Below are positions 22,684 to 32,888 of a stretch of 64,000 nt of DNA, one piece after another; within the stretch, counting starts at the first letter, position 1; every line of letters begins with the position of its first letter. Below the pieces are notes generated by a model. It searched no databases. It was given only the letters and a program-made list of their open reading frames with translations, and was not told where the DNA came from. Both the position numbers and the translations under genes were made by a program. Origin of the DNA: Marsupella aquatica (lineage: Eukaryota; Plantae; Marchantiophyta); the NCBI GenBank assembly GCA_973895155.1, contig OZ316891.1:981224-1045223 (forward strand). Reading direction: 5' to 3'.

Positions 22684-25600
22684 ATGGAAGGAAGTGCAAG
22701 GACAGGGTCTGCTGAGATCGAGAACCTCATGACAACTTTGTGTAATGTGATTTGGATGACAGAAGATATTTGTGATGAACAAAAGTTTGTGAGGAGACCT
22801 TGGTACTTTCGGGATACTCGAATGATGTCCAAGGAAGCAGCTGACTGGGAGACACCCGTTCTTTGGGTTCAAGTGAAGAAAACAGAGAAGATTACACTCT
22901 CCTTTGGTCCAGTAATTGGGGTTGCCGCATGTGACTTTAAGAAGGGTCATGGGAAGGAAAAATCTGTCGCTATTGGATTGAGCTTCCTCACAATGTGTGG
23001 AAGCAAGGGTTTTGTGGCCCTTGTCATGGACATGGATTTGTATGATCTCTCAACATTAGACAAATTTCCCGAAGACCCTATTGTGAAGGAAGTTGCAAGT
23101 ACAATTGAGATGGAGATCTTCAAGCCTGAGTGGGTTGCTAATGTTGTGGATGATTCGAGTCCTTTGATGCTGCCGTTTGTCCAAAAAGAGTATAAGAGAC
23201 TCGTGGGTGAAGAGTTTAAACCCACACGAAGGATCAAAGTAAGGAAGCCAACCATTAGCGGGAGTGGTGCATCTTTAGTTGCAAAAGGAGTTGATTGTGC
23301 TAGTGGGAGCGGGGGACATGGGAAAGGGAATTCCCAAGTAGAAGCTACAATGAGAGTGATTCTAGGTGAAGCACCTCAATCTGTAGAGGCAAGCCCAGGC
23401 GCTACTGCAAGTGTTGGTCGTGGTCGAGGTCGTGGTCGTGGAAGAGGTCATGGAAGGGGAGTTGTGGATGAATTGGTACCTGTCGAGGCAGAGGTTCCAT
23501 CGCCATCAACTTCACTTGCAAAGAAGAAGAGGACTGGTTGGATTGGAGGCACAGGAGTAGCTCTAGCTGCAGATTCAAGTGGTGCAATAAGCACTCCAGC
23601 TGTGTCAATGCATCAATCCAAAGAACGATTACCCCTTACCTCAGGTCCAACCTCAGCTGTCGTTAGCATTCCCCTGGTAAGTTTATTTGTCTAGAAAAAA
23701 TGAATGTTGGGAGCGATACTTGTATCGCGCATTGCATTGAAATAATGAAAATTATGGTTTGCATTTTGAATTCTTCTTAAAATTCATTGCAAGCCATGTT
23801 ATTTTTCAGGGAGATGAGGAAGAAGAGACGCCGTTGGCTTCATTTGAGACAGATGCCATCAAGGCTGAACTTGCAAAGCTCATGCTTGAACGCAGAGTCC
23901 AGAGGACCAGTGTGCTTCCACATGTCAATAATCTCATTTTTGAAGATGAGGGTGAGAATTCAACTTTAGTTAGACCTGTAGATCGGCTACATGTAGAGAA
24001 CATCAAAATGTTGCTCATGAAAAACCCTTCCAACTTCACGGCTCCATTTGTTGTTGTAGTTGATCCAACAGATTGTCCCACAATTCATGAGTGGGACATT
24101 ACTAAATCTAGGGTATGGAAGTATCGAGTAATTGGCGGTAATCATGGAGCTCGTGCAAAGGCTGAACTTTTCAAAATGTATGGAAAGCAAGTGTACGGTG
24201 AGATTGAGGCATGGGTTTACTCTGGTCTAACGAGACATGAGATCAGGATGCTGGCTTTCCAGCATAACTACGACCAGGAGTACCGTAAAACCATGACATT
24301 GATTGGCAAAGTTCGTGCCTGTCACAATATTTTCATGGAAATGAATGTGGGGTCAACTAAAGAGGTGCGAGAAGCTTGTTGTAAGGAATGTATGCTTGAT
24401 TACACTCCAGGTGTTCGTGACTCAATGGCCAAACATGACCCTACATTTCAGATTGCCTTTCGATCTGGGGAGATTTGGGAGCTCCAAGATAAATTTTTCT
24501 CTATGTGGCAAAAGTTTGAGATCCTTGGTCAAACAAAGCCAATCGTGGCCAAGCAGCCGTCAGCAACATCAAAAGGTAAATCAAAAGCTAAACCTAAACC
24601 GCTGAGTGCAAGTGAAATCAAAATGAACAAGCTCTCTGGGCATTTCAATTTGAGGGTCTTCAGAGCTCTCCAGGGGCTTTCCAATCAGGAGCATGTGAAG
24701 CGACTCCTAAACAGAGTAATTGGAAAGAAAATCACTCTAGAACAAATGTTCAAAGAAGGTGAGACACTTAAGAAGTTGGCAAAGGTAAAGAAATTGTTCC
24801 TGCAGATTTCTGGTCAAAAAGATTGGGCAACATGCCGGGAAATGTTTCCCCAGGAAACTGATGTGAAAGTCCTTTCAACTTGGTGCGAAAAGCTCATAGA
24901 AGCAGTAAGCACAATGTCCTTATGGCCTTTTGTTTTCAGTTATATATATTCAAAGCAAACATTTGAGATATTGAATGCAGGTAGTGTTACTTGTATCACT
25001 GGTGGCATTCAAAATTTGTGTTTGGAAATCTTACAAAGAGTTTTGTTTAATGTGCAGTTCAAAATCAGTTCAAAGAGGAAGAAAAAAGTCATTTCTGGAA
25101 ATGAATTTGATGAGGGCGTGGAGGTCGAGATTCCTTCATGCGACATCCCCTACGTCTTCAAGAACTATGTTCTTGAAGCAATTGAAAAACACAATCGGAG
25201 ACTGAATATCTCATCAATTGCTACAGCTTCATCTCAACATCAATGGAAGAATGCAAATGGAGACGCATTCTCATATTCTATTCATGTTGGAGATATTCGG
25301 AAACTAGAAACCTTTCTAGAGCCAAAACATTTCACTTTGGCAATTGCAGACATCCCGTACGGTTTCAATGCCCCTGGTTCTCAGTTTGACGAGGAACCTT
25401 TCACTGAACAGGATGTAAATGAGATGGTTACTAATTTTGCTAAAATCACCACCTCTCCATTGTGGAGGTTTGTTGTGATCCATTCCTTGCAGCAGACAAA
25501 TAGCGTTATGAGCGCACTTGAGAAGGTTTGCAATTGCGGAGTTGAGGCCGGTATATATGAGAAGACAAACATCCATGAGCACCCTTCTGGGCCAAGGCTA

Positions 25601-26038
25601 GCTTGGGCCTTTGAGAACTGGTCAATTGGTTATTACAGTGAGGATGGAGTCCGAAAGAAGGAGATGTACAATTTTGCTCCTGATGAGTCCAGGGTGAACA
25701 TTGTGAAAGTTCCCTGTGTTACTACAAAGTCTATGAGTCCATTAGGGTTTATTGTAAACCCTTACCAAAAACCAATTGCATTGGGTGATTGGTTTGTTAA
25801 TCATTTCAGTGAGAAAGGGGACTGGGTGGCAGACCTTTGTTGTGGAACCGGGTCAACATTGGTGGTTGCACTTCTCAACTCTCGGAATGGGTGTGCTGTT
25901 GACAAAGGTGAGACTCAGGTAGAATTTTTGAGGAGTCGGATTATGACATTGGAATCTGTTTGGACTCTATACGATGAAGCACAAGTGTCCGGTGAAGGTG
26001 GCCAGGGACAAGAAGTTCAGCCTCCGGTTGGTGGGTAG
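22684..26038 (+). CDS. ParB/Srx-like domain + beta-class N6-adenine/N4-cytosine DNA methyltransferase fusion (~1020 aa, spliced)
   Basis: Exons 22684-23676, 23810-24904, 25058-26038 (GT-AG, phase 0; the second intron is in frame and stop-free). ParB-like RPVD..HVENIK..PFVVVVD..YRVIGGNH..A..AFQHN. MTase motif IV ADIPYG (25349-25360) precedes NPYQKP..GDWVADLCCGTGST..A...R....VD (motif I, ~25832-25855), the beta order. RG-repeat linker in exon 1. Confidence 0.88.
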
Positions 26039-26338
26039 TTGGGAGTCATTGGTACTAGCATTTATGTGGATACTGATGACTAGGAGGAGCCTGAAGAAAA
26101 TGAGCCAAACATTGAAGAAAAGCTACCTAGAACACCGGACGACGGGGAACTCAATGATATGTTGTTAGATTAGATGTGTGCAATAAAACTATTGAGGATT
26201 TATCAAGGCTTTCTATTAATGATTGAGAACCTTGATAAACATATCTCTATTTGAGGTTTGAAATGCAATTGGCGATACATGTATCGGATGTAGCATTCCC
26301 AACAACATTCCTACCTATCTGCACTTTTCCTACTCTAA

Positions 26339-29300
26339 CTAGTCACAGTCATCTGCATCAATGATTTCCGTGTCAAGCATTGCTGCTTGGATGATTCGCT
26401 TTGTTTGTACTGGAAGCGTGTTGTTTGAGAGCAGTGCAAAATTATATGCATAAATTGCAGTTTCTGAGAGGCACAATGTGTCCTCAAGTAACTTGTTAGA
26501 GGATGCAACTTTTTCAGGGTAATATTGACCTTCCATAGCAGACCCTTCTCGAGAATCCATTGTATACCATACAATTTTGATGTTCTCTGGAACATCTTGT
26601 ACTTTGGATAGAATATCTATGACTTTTGCCATCCAAAATGGTCTGCTGTTTGGATCCCTATATGCAGCCACGCAAATCATTGCATATTTAGTGTTCACTT
26701 CAAGATCTTTGAAGTCTCCCTCGACTGCTTTCTTCTTCCTTGTTCCAGAGTACATGACTGTTGTTGCACCTGCAATTTTATCTAGCAAGGCTGGCTCTAT
26801 TTGTGGGGGAAGTGCATTTCTTGGAGTCTCTACTCCAATATTTGATTTTGGCCACGTCCAATCAAAAACCCATTGTCCTGCCTTCAAGTGGTGTTTAATC
26901 ACTTCTTTCTGGTTGTCAAAGAAACGGAGCCACCAAAGTTTATCCTCATCATCAAAGTAATTGAATCCATCTTCAATTGATTTGCGATATTTCTCCAGGA
27001 CTGCAACATGGTTGCAGAGAAGATGCTCGTCTCCATTGCCTCCGTCATCATGTTCATCATTCTCCACTGTTGCTCCGGTTGTAGATTTCAATGCCATTTG
27101 TGCAGCAACCCACATGGTAGATGTGGGGATGTATCTAAGGAACTCCACTGCTTCTCCCCAACTTTGAGTGCTAGAAAGATGCTTTGCGTGAAACAAAGTT
27201 GAAGTTCCTCCATTCTCTCCTACAACCCTCTTCATCCTAAATTGCTTTTGACCACTAATACAATGTAGAGGACACAAAACATGCCCAATACCTCCCATGT
27301 CATTGGGTTGGTCTTTATCCGACACAAACTTCTTGAAATCAGCAACCTCTTCAACAAAGATTATCTCAGCCTTTGGATTGTACGAATCCTTGAGAATGTC
27401 TGCAAGACTATCCACCCGAAAAGCTTTTTGCTTATTTAATTTTGAGGAGAACTTGCTGAACATTTGGTCAATCTGATCATGGGTATGTCCAACCAAAAGA
27501 AAACCAACTTTGATCTTTTGGAAAACCCTCATCTCAACAAGCATATTCAAATATGCCATGAGAAATTTATTTTTATTTTCTCGAGGGGTATTATCAAGTT
27601 GTAGATACAACACTAGAGGGAGTGGACCTTTCCAACTATTTAAAATATGTTGGATCACATGCACTGTCAAGTTGGTGTCATTGTGAATGTTTGGATAATT
27701 CAAAAACACTTTTGATGTCAAATGTCCATTGAACACCAAACAACCCACCACATGTACCGGAATAAAGTACTTCTCGTCCATGTTTTTGGGGCACCTAGTG
27801 AAATGTGGCAACTCAGTCTTTTTTTGATCCATACCATCAATGCAGATCCTCAAATATTTTTCTGGACTCTTATAGCACTTGCTTCGGTGCTTTGCTAATT
27901 TCTCCCTCTCAACTCCTTGTGCTTTCCGATGTTGGTTCAAAAGTGTTGAATATTTTCCTGTCAAATGAACATCAATGTTTTTGTCAATAATAACCGCATC
28001 ACCAAACCAAACAAGTAAATAATGTAGTACTTAACATCAATCCTTTACTTATTTAAAGGTAGACACAACTTACGTTTTTCTGCTTCAAGTACTGCTTTGT
28101 CGCGAAGTGCTTTGAACTCTGTGCAAGGACCGCATGTGGAGAAGCGACTCTTTTTTGGAATACGCACCCTGGGGAACTCTTTGTTCCAGATGCGAACAAA
28201 CCAAGAATATGTGATCTCGGTTTCCTTCCGCACCATAGTATCAGTCTTGAAAGCATCAAATACTTCAGCTTTCGTCCAATTGTCTGGTAAGTGGAAGATG
28301 TCCTTGTTTGGAAGACTTTCAACATTTGACATGAAAAACTCATTCAACCATTGAACTAGTGAAAGATGAGTAACCGATTTTTCCTTGCAAAATGTGTCAT
28401 TTTGAATACGAGAAAACGTATTCCTTGAGATTCTCTGCAGCCGATTATTTCCAACGGAAAATAATTTCTTGAAACCTTCTCGAAAAAAAGATCTCCCGTC
28501 AACAATGTAACCGGTTGGACCACCGTGCCCACTTTTCAAACAGCCCCTTAGAAGTATGTTCTTCTCGGTCGATGATAAGCCATAATAGAAGGTCCGGTGT
28601 TTTGTCACTAAATCTAGACCAAAATATCTCAAACACAAATTATCACAACATGGGTACTTAAAAACTTCTTTCATTTTTTTTGTCTTTAAATTTTGATTTG
28701 TAACATTATCTTTCCTCACAAGCTTGTCTCTCACTTTCTTGCTAAGCTCCTTTTGTTTCTCCATACTGTGAAATCCATGGAGTGAATTTTCACTCTCTTG
28801 TCTCTCTGCAACTTCCAGAATAGAGCCATTAGTATCTTTTGAGCTACTATCATCTGAAGATAGAGTGGGATTTCTCGGATCACTAAAGAGATGACTATAG
28901 CTACTCTCGCCCTCATTTGTTTCCAAACATTCTGATACAACTTGTGCAATGGCTTGCAACTGTCTATTTTCCTCAACATCTTCCTCCTCACTTGACTCAT
29001 CAGAAAACACTATTGGACTTCTTGGTTCTCTGTACATAATTTGGACTCCGCTAAAACTAGTGAGGCCTCGTCTAGCAACTTGAAGACGTCTAATTGGCTG
29101 TCTAGAAACACTCCTAGTTGCAGAAGTGGGTCTAGCGGTCATCAATGGTGTGTCTTGATTGTTCCCCAAACTTGTATTGTGTACACGAGCGGCTGCCATT
29201 GGTCCATTGATTGGAGAAGCATCGAATAATCGTTGTACACATCTCCCCACTGCAATTTGAGATTGCGTAGATTCTGGACTTTGTAGTCCGTTGTCTTTGC

Positions 29301-29880
29301 TGTTGCTGGGAACCAGTTCTCTTTGACGCAATGCAGACGGCGATCCACGTATCGTTGTGTGTATTGTACCTTGCGTTCTCACGTCTGTCCCAAGAAATAT
29401 CCTTCGCTGCACCTGTGGCAAAACTGATTCCCTCAAAGGCAATGCAAATGGCGATACACGTATCGCTGTTTGCATTCGACCTTCTCTTCTCTCCTCTGGC
29501 ACCTGTTGGAAACTTGAAGCGTCAATTGGAGATCCCAATCTCGTTGCCAATACGCGTATCGTCTTCTTGATTCCTTCACCATACCCAGGGATAGACGGTC
29601 TAAATCGACGTCTAAAACCTAAACCTTGGATAGAAAGCTTTTGCATCCGAGGGGAGGGAATGTTTAGGAGCCGACGTTTATCAGGTTTACTAGGTGACAC
29701 ATAGTAAGCCCCAGGTTCTGGTTCAGAACTTCCATCAGAATCAGAGTCCGATATTTTGGGTACACTCTGTTGAGAAACTGGGAGTAATTTGCGAATATGA
29801 TTTGGCAAACATCGACGACCATGAGGACCACCATTGGGGGAGGACTCAACTGAACTGGAGGGCGACCACTCTTTAGACAT
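26339..29880 (-). CDS. DDD/RNase H-fold transposase (Sola/DUF7869-like), ~1141 aa, intact
   Basis: Exons 29880-28074 and 27957-26339 (GT-AG, phase 1, frame preserved). CCxxxC and FSTCGPC Zn-type motifs; ICIDGMDQ, LYLQLDN...ENKN and FLLVGHTHDQIDQMFS catalytic-like motifs; C-terminal PFWMAKV...IKIVWY beta domain. Alternative start at 29964. Confidence 0.85.
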
Positions 29881-30010
29881 GGCTAACGTATAACTAACTC
29901 TATACTGGTGGGCATTCCTGTCACAAAATGCTCTTATATGCTCAAAAAACTCAAATAGACGCATAACTTTGTGAAACAAAATGGTGCAAAAAACTTAGTC
30001 GGCGTTGATG

Positions 30011-30086
30011 TATTTATAGTTTTTGGTGACCCTGAGCCACGTGGCTACTTCTGATTGGTCAGCCGCTACACGACAAAATAGATTGG
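30011..30086 (-). promoter_or_regulatory. Putative Pol II promoter of the transposase gene
   Basis: On the minus strand: TATAAATA (30018-30011), palindromic G-box AGCCACGTGGCT (30035-30046) and CCAAT boxes (30058-30054, 30086-30082), directly upstream of the ORF. Confidence 0.55.
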
Positions 30087-31420
30087 GTGATTAAAAAAGG
30101 TTCAAATTAGTGTTTTAACGACAAAATTAATGTACATGTTAAGTGTTTCCTCCGGGGTGGATGCAATTTTTATTCTATTTGGGATATTGTACTGTGGGTT
30201 GCTTTAATCAACCATTGAGACAATTTGGTTCTAGATGCGATACAAGTATCGCTTTTTGCATTTTGGGGTGATTTTTTCAAATTGGTCCTGTAAAAGGTGC
30301 ACATATTGTGCTTTGGAGTTATGTACCATAGTTTTGCTGATTCACAATCACTTTTCACGATGGTTAGGCGGAATGGTTACCATGATTTTGTCACTTAGTT
30401 TACTTTCTGGTTAAAAGTAGATCAACTGCGTTGAACTGTGTAGTAAATTTTGGGCAACTATGATGTAACTTTTCAAATTGTTGATAGTAAATTTTTTGAA
30501 AGGAGAGGTTGAGCTACTTTTGGAGTATATTCTCAAATGATGAATGTGGTTTGCGATACGAGTATCGCTAGTTGCTTTCCTTTATGTGTTTGGGTTTGGA
30601 AGCAAAACTATTATGTGTACAAGTTGACGGAAAATAAGGATTTTCCATGTTGGAAACAAAGTTGAACGTTGTCAACAACAAACAGTACATTTTGGAAGTT
30701 TAAATATATATAATGAGGTAGTCTGTGGGCATTGCTCACCCCTTCAATGAAATCCCATCTACGATACAAAAATGTAACTACTGGGATATTGCGGAATTTT
30801 GGATGGCTATTTGTGTCATTTCAACAAAATTGGCGAGAATGAAAAACACCCTTCTCTATGTGCGGAAATACTTCTCAATTGGTCCGAAATCATGTTACAA
30901 CTAAATATAGAGAAGAAAAAGAAGAAAAAGAAGAAGAAAATTAACACATTTTCCTTCCTTCTAGAGTCTCACAGGCTCTGTAAAAATCCAAAATTTCTCA
31001 TGCCCCAAAAGATTCTCCCATCATTCGTGTGTACTTTTATATTTAAGATGATATCACATAAGTATCTTCTAATATACGATGTCAGATCAGTATCGTCTAC
31101 TATACTTTGTATTTTAGTATTAAAATGAGCATATCATTTGACATACCTGGTCAATCAATCCAAGGGTACAAAACAATCTTTGAAAAAATCTGACGGCTCA
31201 GGTTTGTTCCCTCCATTTCTGAATTTGTAAGCGGACGAAAGAGCTTTTTGGCGGCATTGCATATTATAGAAGTAGATAAGCATTGGAAAGGTTTTAACTA
31301 ATGAAGGTACACACATGGGAAGGAGAAACTTTGGGGTTGACAAACTTTTTGGATTTTTTCATAGAGTATAATCATGAAACTTTAAAAAGAAGCAAAATGG
31401 ATTAATTTTTCTTTTAACCC

Positions 31421-32365
31421 CGTTTTTTTTCTTCTCTTTATTTAATTTTGCATTTTTTTAGTATATTTAATGGTGCCAAAGGTAAGAAAGAGGGGGAGGA
31501 ATGGAGTGGCGAGGGAGTGAAGAAATAGGAATTAAAGGGGAAGAGAAAAATTAAAATGCTCCCCACCCAATACCATTGTGCGACCACACCTTGACCCTGT
31601 AAAGCCATCACCTCTCTTGCACTCCCTCTCACCCTCCCACATGCTTGCTCTCCTCAACAACATAGCTATCACAACAATGACAACATGGTCGCAATAACAT
31701 TTGAGATGTTTAAACAATTTTTTTGCCCTACTTGCATTTCTTTGCATTGTTTACATTTTTTTGGCGGATGACATTTCTTTGTCTTGCCTCAACATTTTTG
31801 CCTCACAACAACATCTTTGCCACACTTTAACATCAGTCTAAACTTGCCTCAACATCTTTGCCTCACCTCAACAATTTTGCCTCACCTCAACAATATTTCC
31901 TTGCCTTGACATGGCTGCAATGACATATCACATGCCTGAATGAATGTATACCTTGCAAAGCCTATATTTTCTTGCTTCACCTTGACTTCTTTGTCTTGCT
32001 TCAACATCTTTTTGCATCTTGACATCTTTTCTTGCTTCAACATTGTTTTTTAACTCAATGTCTTTGCCCTCCTTTGACATCTCTTTTTGGCCTTTTAACA
32101 TTTTTCCTGCCTGAACATCTTTTTCCCTGTCTTTTCTCACCTCAATCAATATATTTGTCTTGCCTTGACATCTTTTTCTTTCATCAACATCTTTTCCTCA
32201 CCTCAAAATCTTTTTCTCTCCTCAACATCTTTGTCTTAACTTGACATCTTTTTCTCACCTCAACATCTTTTTCTCTCCTCGACATCTTTTTCTCACCTCG
32301 ACATCTTTTTCTCACCTCGATATCTTTTTCTCACCTTAACATCTTCTTCTCACCTCGACATCTTC
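31421..32365 (-). repeat. Inverted copy of the host repeat module plus AAAAGATGTCGAGGTGAG array
   Basis: 31421-31665 is the reverse complement of ~20260-20463 joined to 30897-30920. 31770-32365 consists of cacctcgacatcttttt units. Confidence 0.8.
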
Positions 32366-32678
32366 TATGCAACTGACGGGCATTGAGCTAGTCTTACTAT
32401 AATAGTGCATTTTGAAGCCTACTATTAAGGCCAGGCCTTAGGTCTAAGTGCAGCCTAGCCCGTAACTCCCAATATAAACAAAGCTTTGTAACTCCCAACA
32501 TAGACAAAATTGATAATGAGATTCAATATGGTCAAATTTTAGTGGAAGACTTACAAAAGAGACATTGACTCTAATTAAAGATAAAAACTGAAAGTAAGGT
32601 GAACCAAAAAAGAGTGGGGCAAAGACCAACCAGATAACATAATTTTTTTTGTTTGTGCAATAATCGTTTTAGTGTCTG

Positions 32679-32888
32679 TTAGTTAAAAAAGGAATGGGTC
32701 ATGGGGCTAGTGGGAACAATCCGCAACATCTATTAGCAATACGTAATTCCTGTCAGGAGAAGAGGTTACTGGTGTGTAACCATTAGTTAAAAAAGGAATG
32801 GGTCATGGGCCTAGTGGGAACAATCCGCAACATCGATTAGCAATACATAATTCTTGTCAGGAGAAGAGGTTACTGGTGTGTAACCATT
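32679..32888. repeat. Tandem duplication of a 104-bp unit
   Basis: ttagttaaaaaaggaatgggtcatggg...aggttactggtgtgtaacca occurs twice, with few mismatches. Confidence 0.9.

Larger units (their letters stand above)
20596..30568. repeat. Dispersed 16-bp palindrome GCGATAC-NN-GTATCGC (about 14 copies)
   Basis: Copies start at 20604, 20908, 20948, 20997, 21194, 21833 (degenerate), 22613, 23713, 26272, 29340, 29451, 29547, 30237 and 30553. Perfect 7-2-7 palindromes at 20604, 23713, 29451, 30237 and 30553. Confidence 0.92.
20464..30896. mobile_element. Complete 10,433-bp TIR DNA transposon (Sola/DUF7869-like DDD transposase) carrying a ParB-methyltransferase gene
   Basis: TIRs AACATGATGTCGGACCTATCGAGAAG (20464-20489) vs reverse complement of 30871-30896, AACATGATTTCGGACCAATTGAGAAG (23/26). 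4-bp TSD ACAA at 20460-20463 and 30897-30900. The joined flanks aaaaaatgcACAActaaatatagagaag align without gaps to the paralogous repeat at ~31431-31460 (rc aaaaaatgcaaaattaaataaagagaag). Confidence 0.9.

Noticed and set aside
22684-26038. Bacterial or phage contamination as the source of the ParB-MTase
   Set aside because: The gene has spliceosomal introns and lies inside a TSD-bounded element embedded in plant repeats.
20260-31665. Long inverted repeats (20260-20463 vs 31445-31665) as the TIRs of the MTase element
   Set aside because: The TSD and the gap-free empty-site alignment place the true ends at 20464 and 30896; the longer inverted repeats belong to the host repeat.
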